A DNA stretch of 64,000 nt from assembly GCA_964016885.1 (NCBI GenBank), contig OZ024756.1, positions 21,204,001 through 21,268,000 of the forward strand. The letters run 5' to 3'. Origin of the DNA: Eledone cirrhosa (lineage: Eukaryota). Within the stretch, counting starts at the first letter, position 1, and each line of letters begins with the position of its first letter. Of the stretch, positions 1 to 13,470 are shown in pieces. Both the position numbers and the translations under genes were made by a program. Below the pieces are notes generated by a model. That model made no database searches. It saw only the letters and a program-made list of their open reading frames with translations, and was not told the DNA's origin.

Positions 1-960
1 CACACATGCTAACTGATACATGTGCACACACATACACACATACACACACACTCACAGACACATACACAGACACACATGCTAACTGACACATACACACATA
101 CACACAAACACAGACACATACACAGACACACATGCTAACTGACACACATACACACAAACACAGACACATACACAGACACACATGCTAACTGACACACACT
201 CACAGACACATACACAGATACACATGCAAACTGACACATACACACATACACACATACACACACACTCACAGACACATACACAGACACACATGCTGATACA
301 TGTGCACACACATAGACACATAAACACATACACACACACACTCACAGACACATACACACACACACATGCAAACTGATACATGTGCACACACATACACACA
401 TACACACACACATACACAGACACACATGCAAACTGATACATGTGCACACACATACACACATACACACATACACACAGACACAGACACATACACACATGCA
501 AACTGATACATGTGCACACGCATACACACATACACACATACACAGACCCACATGCAAACTGATACATGTGCACACACGTCCACACACACACATATACACA
601 TACATACACACACTCACAGACACATACACAGACACACATGCAAACTGATACATGTGCACACACGTCCACACATATAGACACACGTCCACACACATATGCA
701 CACACGTCCACACACATATGCACACACGTCCACACACATAGACACACACGTCCACACACTTATGCACACACGTCCACTCACATAGACACACACGTCCGCA
801 CACATAGACACACACGTCCACACACTCACCGACACACAGACAGACACATATCCACACATGCCCACAAACACACACGCACACCAGCACACATTTATATATA
901 GAGATAGCCACACGTATACACCCACACATACACACATACACACATACACGACCACATACC
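1..960. repeat. Compound CA-rich minisatellite
   Basis: Recurring 'cacacatgc(t/a)aactgatacatgtgcacaca' units in (CA)n; the ORFs here are V/C/M or H/T low-complexity artefacts. Confidence 0.9.
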
Positions 961-1132
961 AACAATAACAACAACAATAACAATCAACAAAGCGTGATGT
1001 GAAATTGTGACGATGATGATGTTGATGATATGTGTATACGTGTATCTATGCGTGTGTATACACACACACGCACACATACACATAGACACACACACAGACA
1101 CACACACAGACACACAGACACACACACACACA

Positions 1133-1174
<42 letters not shown>

Positions 1175-1421
1175 AAGGAAAAAAGAAACAAACACAAGAT
1201 GATGCATCAACATAAAGTCGTATTAGTTTTATGCTTCAAAGAAAGAGAGTGACTTAGTCAACGTATCGGGCATTTGGCCTTCATCAGGAAAAATTCAAAA
1301 GGAGAAGTGCAAAGGAAATAAAAATAAAAAAGATTGTTTTTAGATAAAATTAGGAAGAAAATAATAAAGAGAGAGGGGAGAAAGGGTAATAGTGATGGTT
1401 GGGGGGTGTTGTGTCCGGCGT

Positions 1422-1487
<66 letters not shown>

Positions 1488-1498
1488 TATGATAACAT

Positions 1499-1566
1499 CT
1501 CTGTCTGATGAACGATCCAGACGTATATTAATATTGTTTAGGTTCCTGAAACGTTCTGTAATGGAG
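1499..1566 (+). ncRNA. Type I hammerhead ribozyme motif
   Basis: CUCUGU CUGAUGA [imperfect stem II] GAA ACG-UUC-UGU A^ AUGGAG; 6-bp stem I; homologous to the 13869-13938 copy. Confidence 0.65.
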
Positions 1567-2018
1567 TAGTTATATATTGTGTTGTTCACTTTCTAATTAA
1601 ATAGCTCTGTTGTATACATAGAGCACTCTTTTTTCCTTTGCTTTTTCTTCAGAATTACCTAACACACACATATATATTAATATCTTACTTTCTTCTCGCC
1701 TTTTTCCTTCCTTTGTTTGAGTCTCACGTTGCTATAAAAAGCTGAATACCTTCTCTTAGTCGTCACAAATTCTATGTGTACATGTGGCTTAATTGCTATA
1801 CGTTATTGTTTTGTGGACCAGCAGTACCGTCGATAGGGGTCAAAACTGCCAGATCCCCATCTCGACAGCTGAAGACCTTGTGGTGGGTGCTCATAGCTTA
1901 AGGTTTCTCGAATAATCTGCCCAAGTTACAGATTCGTTTAATAATCTCTCTGTGTGGGCATTGAACAATGAAAATAAAACAAAAGTTGGAGATATAACGA
2001 CTAGCAATGGTCACGTCT

Positions 2019-2050
<32 letters not shown>

Positions 2051-2051
<1 letters not shown>

Positions 2052-2138
2052 CTATGGTTGGCCGAAATGTTCATAGGCGGACCAAGATACTCTCATGCAA
2101 TGACCAAATGAGGTTTTATTTTTTAACATAGTCCCTTG
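2051..2138. mobile_element. Truncated mariner/Tc1-type terminal fragment
   Basis: 'tactatggttggccgaaatgttcataggcggacc...ttttattttttaacatagtccc' resembles mariner TIR/subterminal sequence beginning at TA. Confidence 0.45.
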
Positions 2139-2143
2139 AAAGA

Positions 2144-2190
<47 letters not shown>

Positions 2191-2950
2191 TGTCTTCTTC
2201 TTCTTCTTCTTCTTCTTCTTCTTCTTCTTCTTCTTCTTCTTCTTCTTCTTCTTCTTCTCTGTTGTCGCCACTGTGGTTGTCATGGTTCCTGTCATTGTCT
2301 ATGCTGTTGTTCTATTTGTCATCATCTTCTCCTCTAGTCCTTCTCTCCTTCTCACGTTCTTGCTCATCTTCCATCTCCTCTCCTTCCTCATCCTCTTCCC
2401 CTTCAGCCGACTCCTCTTCAGCTGTCTCTCCTTCATTGTCCTCTCTCTCTCTCTCTCTCCCCTCTCTTCTGCTCTCTATCTCACTCCTCTTCCCCTGACT
2501 TCTCCTCTCTCACCTCACTCCTCTTCCCCCGACTTCCCCTCTTTCTTTTCCCTTCTGCTCTCTCTCCCCTCATCCCCAGACTCCCCCTCTCTCTTTTCCC
2601 TTCTGCTCTCTCTCTCTCCTCTTCCCCCGACTTTCCCTCTTTCTTTTCCCTTCTGCTATCTCTCTCTCTCTGCTCTTCCCCAGACTCCCCCTCTCTTCTC
2701 CTTTCTGCTCTCTCCCCCTCTTCCTCAGACTACCCCCCTCTCTTTTCCCTTCTGCTCTCTCCCTCCTCTTCCCCAAACTCCTCCTCTCTCTTTTCCCTTC
2801 TGCTCTCTCCCTCCTCTTCCTCAGACTACCCCCTCTCTTTTCCCTTCTGCTCTCTCTCTCTCCTCTTTCCCCGACTCCCCCTCTTTCTTTTCCCTTCTGC
2901 TCCCCCTCTCTTTTCCCTTCTGCTCTCTCCCTCCTCGTTACCCGACTCCC
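2144..2950. repeat. (TCG)n/(TCT)n microsatellites and CT-rich ~35-bp minisatellite
   Basis: Direct reading; repeated 'ttttcccttctgctctctc...cccagactccc' units from ~2520. Confidence 0.85.
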
Positions 2951-3196
2951 CCTACAAAGTGAGACCACCCGATAGAAAATGGAAGAAGCTGCTGCTATGT
3001 TAACTGTTTGATAAATGAATTTGTTCGTGTCATCGGTCAGTTTGATTTCTATCTTAAGTCACTTTGAGCAGCTTCACTTAGACAACGTGGCGACCATTTA
3101 AATATCTCTCGTTTTCAACTCAATCTCTCTTCACCCCATCTTTCCTCTCTTTCTTACACTCTCTCAGTGTACACATACACATATACATATATAAAT

Positions 3197-3243
<47 letters not shown>

Positions 3244-3297
3244 CACATATATATAAACACACATATTTAATATCAAACTATATAATATATATGTATA

Positions 3298-3476
3298 TAA
3301 TTGTTTCTACTTTAGGCATAAGGCCAGCAATTACCCAGTACATTACTGGTACTTTATTTTATCGACCCCGTAAGGATGAAAGGCAAAGTTAACCTCGGCG
3401 GGATTTGAACTCAGACTGTAAAGGGACGTAACTATGTTAGAAAACATGGCGTCCAACCCTCTGCCGATACTGCCAT
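3298..3476 (-). mobile_element. tRNA-derived SINE, family A (about 25-30 copies or fragments in the window)
   Basis: Consensus 'ggattggcagtatcggtagag...gagttcaaatcccgccgaggttaactttgcctttcatccttacggggtcgataaaataaagtaccag...gccttgtgccaaaagtagaaac' with A/B-box-like motifs. Confidence 0.85.
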
Positions 3477-3523
3477 ATTATTCAAAATATTAACAAATGA
3501 AAAATATTCTCATAATCAAAATA

Positions 3524-3593
3524 TATACTTTATTATATATATTTCAGAGGTACTGTGTTGTTTTTTAAGTACGTCCTCATCAGACAAAATATA
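3524..3593 (-). ncRNA. Type I hammerhead ribozyme motif
   Basis: UAUAUUUUGU CUGAUGA GGACGUACU..AGUACCUCU GAA AUAUAUAU A^ AUAAAGUAUA; 10-bp stem I, palindromic stem III. Confidence 0.75.
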
Positions 3594-3774
3594 TGATTTG
3601 ATATATGACATACCGCTACGGTCTTGATTATTCAATTCCAGTATTGGTAGTTATATATATATATATATATATATAAAAGTTTACATATATATATACATAC
3701 ACATACATATACGTGTTTTGCAACCGGTCACTTTGTGGCTCAATGAAAAATTAATAAATTAAACAGTCAGAGCT

Positions 3775-4148
3775 ATATATCATAAAACATGTCTATAGAA
3801 TCACAAGATAAAATATATACTATTTCCTCTCCCAATTAGCATAATTAACTATATAAAAAATCGAATAGACCAGGCTATACGAATGAGGCTTCTATGAAGG
3901 AATCTCCGACAAATAACCAAAACTAGCGCTTCGCGTCGGCCGTAGCGGAATATTTATCGAATATTTCGACAGCGTAATCGCCTAGATACAGTCAAGTAAG
4001 CAGAATTAGGTTTAAAATAAGCTAGGAGAAAATAGAATACATTCGTATAGCCTGGTCTATTCGATTTTTTATATAGTTAATTATGCTAATTGGGAGAGGA
4101 AATAGTATATATTTTATCTTGTGATTCTATAGACATGTTTTATGATAT
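3775..4148. mobile_element. Fold-back element with ~110-bp inverted arms
   Basis: 3775-3885 is the near-perfect reverse complement of 4039-4148, ending in (TA)n; a diverged arm copy lies at ~24627-24692. Confidence 0.8.
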
Positions 4149-4263
4149 ATATATATATATATAAAAGATGATGATTTTTTTTTAAAGAGAAAAAACGAGA
4201 TGTTCTACAAGAGAGATAAATCGAAAATACAATTGGAGTCTTTTTAAGAATATTTATTTGTTT

Positions 4264-4300
4264 CCTTTACCGGTTTCACAGTTCTTATGCTTTTCAAAAT
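4264..4300 (-). ncRNA. Minimal hammerhead motif, UUGAAAA core (degenerate stem I)
   Basis: UUGAAAA GCA-UAAGAAC-UGU GAA ACCGGU A^ AAGG; same family as 22211 and 41625. Confidence 0.5.
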
Positions 4301-5486
4301 TAGAATTGAGATTGAGGGTTTGTGGTTTTTCTCCACAATCTCTCTCTCTCTCTCTCTAGTTAGATATTAATGTAACAATGAAATAATAACAACAAAGTCA
4401 AGTTATTTTACTTATTCATATCATTGTTTCGGAGGGTTGATCATGTTGAGATATTGACTGATCTATAGCAGTTATATAACTGTATACTATCAGACTTCAT
4501 TTATTAGGTTCGTGTGTGTGTAAAATGTCTGGAATTAGCTGTTGAAACAGCAAGAGCTCAGCCGTCGGGGTCCCGATTCTTTTTAATTCTTTATAATATA
4601 TATATATGTATGTATATATGCATAAATCTATGTACATACGTGCGTGTGTATATCATGTGTTTAAACTCTCCACCTGTCTGTCTGTCTCCCGCTCAGTCTA
4701 TATCTATACCTGTATATTTGAGCTATGTAATGGATTCCTATTTAGTCCCGAAGATAGCTATCTGGGGGGAAAGGGGAAAATCGATTAATTCGACTTCAGC
4801 ATTTGATAGGTATTTTATTTTATCGACCTAGGGTAAGTTGATCTCAAGAAGATTTAAACTACATAATAAATGTGTCTGTCTTGAAACAGATCGTGATCTA
4901 TTGCAGAATATTTTAAGAAAAGAAATTTTATAAATGCTAAGCTGAAACATTATCAATTTTTCCTGATGAATGTTTTTCTCCTGTCCCCACCTCGTACTTA
5001 TATAGAGCGGCACCGATTTCCTCGCTGTGGTTAGTGTTCTGCATTCCTACGATGACGTCGTCCATATTAAATATGGTAGAGTTTGGCAAATAGCTAAATA
5101 TTTGTGGGTAGTGTATAGTTAGTAGATTTAAAGTTGATTCCAGTGGGGTTTGAAATCACAGAGTAAATTGACGCAATTAAATTCCTAAATTACACAAAGC
5201 GCTAACATGATGCTGATGATGATAAGTGAAATAATAATAATAAGAAGAAGTAAAACTGCCAAGAGGAAATAAAAGTATCATATGGGATTATTTCAAGATA
5301 TGTCTGTTGCATACTCAAACAGGATCCAATGGGGATAAATACTAGAAATGTTAAATCGATCTTATTCATTTATGTAATACACGCGCACACACACACATGC
5401 GCGCGCACATATATATATGGGTGTTTGCACGCGTGCATGCATGTATACATACATACACCTACTCACATATATACGTACATACATGC

Positions 5487-5529
<43 letters not shown>

Positions 5530-5929
5530 ATACGAGATTAGATATATGTGTGTGTATATATATTCACATATCTAATCTCGTATCAACACTAAGCCAACCC
5601 GTTTTGTGTTTATAATCAATTAGGCTTTTAAAAATGGACGCCAAGCCATTTTTCGCCCTACAGCACTTTGAAATGGACGACATTTTTCTTTCTTCTTTTC
5701 GCGATTTTTTTTCCTTTTTCTCTTATAGATGAGACACTTTTAAACGGACGCCATTTTAGCTCATATATTAGTAGTACGTTTAAAATTCAACGCTGCACTG
5801 TCGGCAAACCACTTAGCATTAACTGATAGCTATCAACATGACTCCCATTCAAGGGATTAGGAACGTTTTATATGGTTTGCATATTTATTTGTTTATGAGT
5901 GTAGTTTCTTTATCGTCGTCAATACACAT

Positions 5930-5964
<35 letters not shown>

Positions 5965-6203
5965 AATTCACTCACATATACACACATACAGATATATATA
6001 TATATTCACTCAGATATACGCACACAATTACGCACAATTACACAGACGTGTTCATGCAAGCACATATACACATATATATGTGTAAAATTCATTATAAGAT
6101 CAGCTTAAATTTGTAGTATTTCACCGAAGGGGACTTGGCATACTGTATGCGTGTAATGTAGAGGAATGTGTGTTTCACGTATACATATATGTGTATGTAA
6201 ATG

Positions 6204-6252
<49 letters not shown>

Positions 6253-6432
6253 ATATATATTTACGTTCATACAACATCATAGATAGATAGGTACGTATGA
6301 AAGTAAACACAGTGACTGACATTGATTGATATATGTCTCTCTCTATATATATATATATAGATATATATTTAACTTCCTTCCCCAACCTTCTCACACTACT
6401 CTTACGTGTATCTGTTCTCTTCTTATCCGAAC

Positions 6433-6468
6433 TTTTCTGAAGAAGGAATTCTGTCCGAAACGTTGAAA
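6433..6468 (+). ncRNA. Minimal type I hammerhead motif
   Basis: UUUU CUGAAGA A GGA-AUUCUG-UCC GAA ACGU U^ GAAA, in an island between (TA)n tracts. Confidence 0.65.
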
Positions 6469-6518
6469 CATCTTGCACTTCCTCCAAGCTTGAACCTAAT
6501 ATAACTAAGTTTTGTTTG

Positions 6519-6567
<49 letters not shown>

Positions 6568-6685
6568 GAAGGAGGTGTGGTAGGGAACCAGATGGACCAC
6601 AACGCACTAGAGTACTCAAGCCGTTTGTATCTGTATATACACTCTTATATATATATATATATATATGTGTATATATATATATATA

Positions 6686-6744
<59 letters not shown>

Positions 6745-7159
6745 ATATATATATATCTGTATATACACTTATATATATATATATATGAGTCTGTGTGTAC
6801 ATGGAATGGTAGACAGAGAGGGAGATAAATATTGATAGATGAAAGAGATAAAGAGACAGATTGGTTAACAGATGGAGTGTGAGATCTGTGAATGAAGGAA
6901 TGAATAAATGTCAACTGAAAGTTACCGGAAGACGGACCTCACATGTCTGCAACACATAATTCTGAAACGCAGAGTATTTGTATCAAATTCAAGATTTTAG
7001 TAAACCTTTACACTGGGATTTATCGTTAGATACCTTGACATATATGGAAACATATACTAATCTAATCTAATCTGGCCGAGTTTACACTCGCAAATAATAA
7101 GAACCAGGCCCGCCCGTAGGAGCCTTGGATTCGGTGTACTTCATATTTGGTGTACTTCA

Positions 7160-7465
7160 TCCGAGATGGCACAAACGCTAGCTACGCCGTTGGTGAGGGC
7201 GATGAGAACATATTCGACTACAAGTAAATTATATTACTTCTTCTTTGGCTGAGTTTACAGTCGCAAATATTTGTTTCGGTTGCTGAATACAATCAGGAGT
7301 CGCTGCTTCTCCTGAAGGTCAATAGTTCTTTTCTATCTCGGGCGGGGAACGCCTTTCCATTATCGATTTTTATTTATCATCTGCAAAGCCGCATTGTTCT
7401 CAGAACCACTACACCAGTCTTTCGATGCGTGCAGCTGGAACTACTGCCACCCATTGATTTGGCTG
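7160..7465. mobile_element. Unclassified interspersed repeat (other copies 43080-43385 and 60920-61092)
   Basis: Three high-identity copies of 'tttcggttgctgaatacaatcagg...gaactactgccacccatt'. Confidence 0.8.
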
Positions 7466-7469
7466 GATC

Positions 7470-7617
7470 GCAACTCATTTCTACAGCTGAGTAAACTGGA
7501 GCAACTTGAAATAAAGAGTCTTGCTCAAGGACACAACACATCACCCGGTCCGAGAATCGAACTCACATCCTTTCGATTGCAAGCCCAATGCTGTAACCAC
7601 TAAGCCATGCGTCTTCA
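7470..7617 (-). mobile_element. tRNA-derived SINE, family B
   Basis: Reverse-strand tRNA-like head followed by 'tgtgtccttgagcaagac'; same head at 14088, 16172, 25320 and 34217. Confidence 0.75.
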
Positions 7618-7885
7618 CAAAAAATATAAAATATAGAATAAAAAAATATAAAAATGTAAAAATATACGGATGTAATGAAATGGTTTGATATCATATTTTC
7701 CCTTCATTGAATGACACATGATACATAGAAATGGTATAATCAAATATATTGTTCGACATATAAACATTGAGATCTCGTGATCTGCAATCTTAGGATCCAC
7801 AAGAAAACGAGAAATGAAAAACTAAACAAAAAGTAGAAGCGAAAGCTTGGTACAAATAATTAATGTTCGGAACACCACCAACTTA

Positions 7886-8075
7886 ATAATGGTTTCTACT
7901 TTTGGCACAAGGCCAGCAAATTACCCAGTGCATTACTGGTACTTTATTTTATCGACCCCGTAAGGATGACAGGCAAAGTTAACCTTGGCGGGATTTGAAC
8001 TCAGACCATAAAGGGCCGTAACTCCTTGCTGCAAAGCATGGCGTCAGACCCTCTACCGATACTACCAATCCACTC
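7886..8075 (-). mobile_element. SINE family A
   Basis: Full match to the family A consensus. Confidence 0.85.
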
Positions 8076-8533
8076 CAACTTAATAATACATACAGGAACC
8101 GCAAACACAAGATTCTAATAACCTTCGCTAAGTACAAACCACTACCTCCCTACGGACAACTGACGCTGCACACCAGGTCCGGACATGGAAGAGCCGAACA
8201 CCCACTGTCATCACCTCCATCTCTCTCGTCTCCCCCCATCTCTGTACACGGAAAAGAGTAGAAGTAGAAGAAGAAGTAGTAGTAGTAGTAGTAATATTCC
8301 ATCAATAATGTGACATTAACAAACCCCTAACAGTGCATTTTAGGGCTTACAAAACGACATTTTTATCAGAATCAAAACTCAAATCCAGTACAACTCGACG
8401 AAGGGGCTTCTATGTCGTTGTATGTCACTTCAAGAATTTGTCCTCTCATTTTGAGGTCTCTTGATGAGCCGATAATCTCACGGCCTCCGTGCACCCCGCC
8501 CGTCCCTTCAATCTATCTAATTATCTCATTCTT

Positions 8534-8562
8534 TCTTCTGATGAAGGACTAGCGTCCGAAAC
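8534..8562 (+). ncRNA. 3'-truncated hammerhead (family also at 24731 and 31019)
   Basis: UCUU CUGAUGA A GGAC-UAGC-GUCC GAAAC, then (CA)n. Confidence 0.55.
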
Positions 8563-8585
8563 CACACACACATACACATATATAT

Positions 8586-8879
8586 ATAGTAATAACAATT
8601 ATTACGAAGACCAAAATTCGAAGAGGGCTCGATAAAAATTGTATGTTTATATAAAAATATATATAAACCTATAGAGCAAATATTTATTATTGTACAGATT
8701 AAAGTTGAAGCAAAGAATTTCTGCTTTCACTCTGTTGCAGGAACTTCTGAAGATTCCGCAATAGGGTGAATGTACTAATAATAAATATTTGCTCTACGGG
8801 TTTATATATATTTATATATATATACATCCAATTTTTATCGAGCCCTCTTCGAATTTTGGTCTTCGTAAATGTTATTACT

Positions 8880-8881
<2 letters not shown>
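8586..8881. mobile_element. Fold-back element between (TA)n tracts, hammerhead core in the spacer
   Basis: Imperfect inverted arms 8586-8696 and 8772-8881; spacer has 'cttctgaag'; same family as 11828-11990 and 22390-22950. Confidence 0.75.
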
Positions 8882-8969
<88 letters not shown>

Positions 8970-9000
8970 AGATCAAAAGATGGTTAAAGGAGTTCCATGT

Positions 9001-9069
9001 ATTTTATTATGCGCATTTCAAAAACAAACATCATCATGCAATAATATTTGTGTTTTCATCAGATAAAAC
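9001..9069 (-). ncRNA. Type I hammerhead ribozyme (inverted copy)
   Basis: Exact reverse complement of 9131-9199. Confidence 0.8.
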
Positions 9070-9130
9070 AGAACATGATATGAAGGCTAAAAAACACTTG
9101 TGGATAGTGCAGTTTTAATCATGTTCTCCT

Positions 9131-9199
9131 GTTTTATCTGATGAAAACACAAATATTATTGCATGATGATGTTTGTTTTTGAAATGCGCATAATAAAAT
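9131..9199 (+). ncRNA. Type I hammerhead ribozyme
   Basis: GUUUUAU CUGAUGA [long stem II, GCAU loop] GAA AUGCGCAU A^ AUAAAAU; canonical core, palindromic stem III, 7-bp stem I. Confidence 0.8.
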
Positions 9200-9321
9200 A
9201 CATGGAACTCCTTTAACCATCTTTTGATCTTATATTATGCATACTCCAGTCCTACAAACTGTAGAGTGCTTCTTATCCGATATCTGCATTGCTTTATTGT
9301 ACTACAATAAAACTCACCTCC

Positions 9322-9378
<57 letters not shown>

Positions 9379-9569
9379 ATACTTGGGGAGGGTCATATTG
9401 TTGTGATAATATTGCCAGAATTAATAACAGAACACACTCACTGTTTGGTTGGTTTTCGCTTCTGTGTCTTTTATATCAGTTAATTTATTCGGTCCTCAAT
9501 GTTTACCATTGACTGACCAACGGTCAAAAATACAGATATAATATAGACACAAACACATATATATAATCT

Positions 9570-9611
9570 AACAAAGTTCTTTCGTTGCTCATCTGCAACA
9601 ACGTCAGTGGT
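9570..9611 (-). ncRNA. Degenerate hammerhead motif
   Basis: ACCA CUGACGU U GUUGC-AGAUGA-GCAAC GAA AGAACU U^ UGUU; homologous to 59670-59712. Confidence 0.45.
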
Positions 9612-10496
9612 ACTATTATGTTTCCTCCTGTTGTATTGTATGCCTACGCCATCTTTATTTAATCTGTTTATTTATATCAAAAACCTCGATATCATATCAA
9701 AAACCTCGCAAAACAAATATATATATATATATGAAAGAACAAAGAAGGTGTGGTAAGATACCAGGTGGACCATAACACACCATAGTACTCAATACTTAGG
9801 GTAGTAGAGTGGGTCCTGACTCTTTTTCTATTACACACACACACACATATATATATATACACACACTTATATACATATATATATATAAAAGCGCATGCAC
9901 ACAAACACACGTTTATATATATATCATCTTTAAAAAAAAAGGAGTTTCAAATTAAATTAAATTCTAAAATAATACTTCTTATTTATTTTAATTCTTTACT
10001 TTTTGTTATTCACCTCACTATAAAAATTGAAAAGACATCTGAGATTTAAAGAAAGTTTGGACAGTAAACAATATAAAGTTAGGAAAAGGAAATTGCGATA
10101 TATTTGGTATGTGTTCCTGTTTACTTAAAACCATTCTATTTTCATGAGAGTTTTCTCTACAAAACACAAAGTGTTTTGAGAAGTAAGGTCTCCATTTTTA
10201 ATTATTTTTCTACTTCTAATGAAGACTAAAGTAATAAATTCTGTTTTCCCATGTCTGATGACGGCTACAAAAGCACGTGCTTGTATGTTTTATGTCGGTG
10301 AAAAATGTCTTTAGAACTCTTAAATATATCTATATCTATACAGATGTATGTGTGTATGTATGTATGTATGTACGTATGTATGCATGTACGTACGTATGTA
10401 TGTATGTATGTGTGTATGTGTGTGTGCGTGTTTATTTATATATATTTATTTATATATATGTATAGATATACGTCGGTGTAAAATGTCTTTAGAACT

Positions 10497-10543
<47 letters not shown>

Positions 10544-10640
10544 GTGTGTGTGTGTATATATATATATATGTGTGTGTGTATATATATATATATGTGTGTG
10601 TATATACATGTGTGTGTATATATATATATATGTGTGTGTG

Positions 10641-10671
<31 letters not shown>

Positions 10672-11341
10672 GTTTGTATATATATACATATATATATATA
10701 TATTTGTATATATATATATTTATACATAAATACAGACATACAAGCACTCACACACACACACACACAAACACACACACGCGCTCATGTATGATTTAAAGAG
10801 CGTTCACTTGACAAATACAAGTAAGCAAATAAATAACTTTAAATCCTTAGATAAAGTTACACCTACAAATGTTCCAACTAACAACAACAACAACGACAAC
10901 AACAACGACAACAACAACAACAACAACATCAACAATAACAACGACAGTAAAAATAATCGTAGTAGTTGTTACAATGACTGTAGTCGCCATAACATTCGCA
11001 GGAGAGATAATGGAAGTCGTTGGTATAGTTTTAGTATTAGTATTAGTATTTTACACGGCATATTGTTACAGACCTTTAGGTCCTGGGTTCAAATCGTGCC
11101 GAGGTTAGCTTTACCTTTCATCCTCAAGGGATCGATTGGTTTAGTAATCTAATGGGTATTTAATTGCCAAAACGACCCTTGTTAAACACGTTTTTCAAAG
11201 CATCATGTCATACCACCATTGTTGCAAATAAAAACAAAAACGAAGTGTATATATATATATAATATATATAATATAATTTAGAATTTACACTCAATGGGAT
11301 CATTTACAATTATTTTAGCTCTAAGAAACATTTCTGAGCAG

Positions 11342-11447
11342 TATAAATTAATATATGATAAACACTTACGTGTTTTTATTGTAATTGACATTCTAGCTAT
11401 TTTATTGTCAATTACAATAAAAACACGTAAGTGTTTATCATATATTA

Positions 11448-11454
<7 letters not shown>
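11342..11454. repeat. Perfect ~49-bp inverted repeat next to (TA)n
   Basis: 11342-11390 is the reverse complement of 11406-11454. Confidence 0.85.
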
Positions 11455-11492
<38 letters not shown>

Positions 11493-11782
11493 GATAGACA
11501 TAGAATATTCGAAAATATTCTGTATGTTTATAATAAACATTTTGAAGACCTAATCGCTATAGAATAGAATACGTCACGTATTACAATTAGATTCTCGATA
11601 TCTTCACATATATATCGCTATTTCAGAGCATTTATTCCAATATATATATATATATACACTTCGTTTTTGTATTTATTTGCAACAATGGTGATATAGTATG
11701 AACTCGGGAATTTTATATTCTCCGAGTGAAAAGAACCTTCTGACGAGAGTTTATCTTTACAATGGAAGGCCGCAAGGACTGT

Positions 11783-11828
<46 letters not shown>

Positions 11829-11937
11829 CAATAATAATAAATTTGAAGACTAAAATCCAAAGAGGGCTCGATAAGGATAAATATATATTAGATATAGAAG
11901 AACCGTACAGCAAATATTTATTAAAATAACAGATTAA

Positions 11938-11988
11938 AGTTTAAGCAAAGAATCGCTGCTTTCACCCTTAATGGGATCTTCTGAAACT
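11938..11988 (-). ncRNA. Hammerhead motif with CAGAAGA variant core
   Basis: AGUUU CAGAAGA UCCC-AUUAA-GGGU GAA AGCAG-CGAUUCU-UUGCU U^ AAACU. Confidence 0.6.
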
Positions 11989-12297
11989 AAAAAAAGTCAA
12001 TATGTGAACGCAGAAGTAAATATATCTACACGCGCGCGGGTGTGTGTGTGTGTGTGTATGTGTGTGTGTATATATATATAATAAGAAAATGCGAAGTAGT
12101 TTCAGATGTTAAAGTCCTTTATTGATAGTGCTGTGATACATATTTCAATGACGACAGTGGTCACACGATTCCGTGTACCCGGTGCCATAACATCATCAGA
12201 CAGCTTCTTATATAATAAGGTTACGTTACCAAACAGAAACGACAAGGGAAGGGACAAGGCACGTGTTCTTGAATCCCTCGCCCTTCCTATATATATA

Positions 12298-12500
12298 TAG
12301 GAAAAGAGTCAGGACCCCCGACAGCTGAGCTCCAGCCGTTTCGACAGCTAGATCCGAACAGTTCGGATCTAGCTGTCGAAACGGCCGGAGCTCAGCCGAC
12401 GGGGTCCGGACTCTTTTCCTATTACCCACTCTACTACCCTAAGTATTGAGTACTCTGGTGCGTTATGGTCCAACTGGTATCTTATCACACCCTCTTTGTT
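12298..12500 (+). mobile_element. Fold-back element, family C (half-hammerhead), in (TA)n
   Basis: Palindrome centred at 12360 (gacagctagatccgaac-a-gttcggatctagctgtc), then gaaacggc; long arm ends at (TA)n. Confidence 0.8.
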
Positions 12501-12502
12501 AA

Positions 12503-12533
<31 letters not shown>

Positions 12534-12844
12534 CGTATACATACATATATATACATACATATATACATATATCTAACTATCTATCTGCATGTGTGTGTGT
12601 GTATATATATATATGTGTGTGTGTGGGTGTGTGGGTGTATGTATCTGTGTGCATATATATATATATGCATATATGTGTATTTTCTTTTTTAATGTTTAAT
12701 TATTTATTCATCTGCTTGTCTCGTCTTCACTCGTACACCAACATGATGCCAACGAGAATAAATTACTTAGAGCTTACAACGCAGATGCGAAGACAAAACA
12801 CACTAACTAAAACCAGAAAAAGAAAATCAGCAACAACAACAACA

Positions 12845-12881
<37 letters not shown>

Positions 12882-13162
12882 GAAAAAGAAGAAGAAAACC
12901 CAACCCAAAATAATTTAACAACTCCCAAAAATTCACAAAAAGCAAACTAGAAAACGTTAGGATATCGGAAGAATCTTAAAAAAATTTGAATGTCAAGCAA
13001 TGTCAATGAACGAGAAACAACAAGAAAAAGACAAACAAAAACAACATGATTCTAACTGTATGGCAAAATTGTGATGGATTAGGGGTGGTGATTTATTTAT
13101 TTATTTATTGAGGGTGTTTGAAAATCTTTTATAATTCACTTTCTAGAATGTTCGGTCATAAG

Positions 13163-13470
13163 GTGGAGAATTGGCGGGAGAGTCGTTAGAACGTCGGATA
13201 GAATGTATTCGTTCCGGCTCTTTGCTCTTTGAGTTCAACTTTGTCTTTCATTCGGGGTCGATAAAAAAAAGTACCAGTGTAGCACTGGGGACGATTCTTC
13301 CTCTATATATCTATTTTTCACTTCCTCTCTCTCACTTTCTACCTTTCTCTGGAAGAACTCTGTTTTATTTACACCTTGAGAGGAGATGGGTTCCGTCTGG
13401 CTGGCTTAAAATCCCCAAGAAATGGTGTATGTCAATATGGTTCCCCTACAACCCCATCAGAAGTTACCTG
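13163..13470 (+). mobile_element. SINE variant with family A-like head and a distinct longer tail
   Basis: Related copies at 24300-24570, 50085-50420, 51255-52285 and 54750-55090. Confidence 0.7.

Larger units (their letters stand above)
8962..9325 (+). mobile_element. Penelope-like 3' fragment with inverted partial pLTR, flanked by (TA)n
   Basis: 8962-9070 is the reverse complement of 9130-9237; each arm has a complete hammerhead; (TA)n on both sides. Confidence 0.75.

Noticed and set aside
1255-1292. Minus-strand hammerhead CUGAUGA AGGC..GCCC GAUACGUU
   Set aside because: GAA is mutated to GAU and stem I does not pair; at best a decayed relic, so not counted
4940-4980. ctgatga next to gaaac
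   Set aside because: Helices cannot be formed in any hammerhead topology
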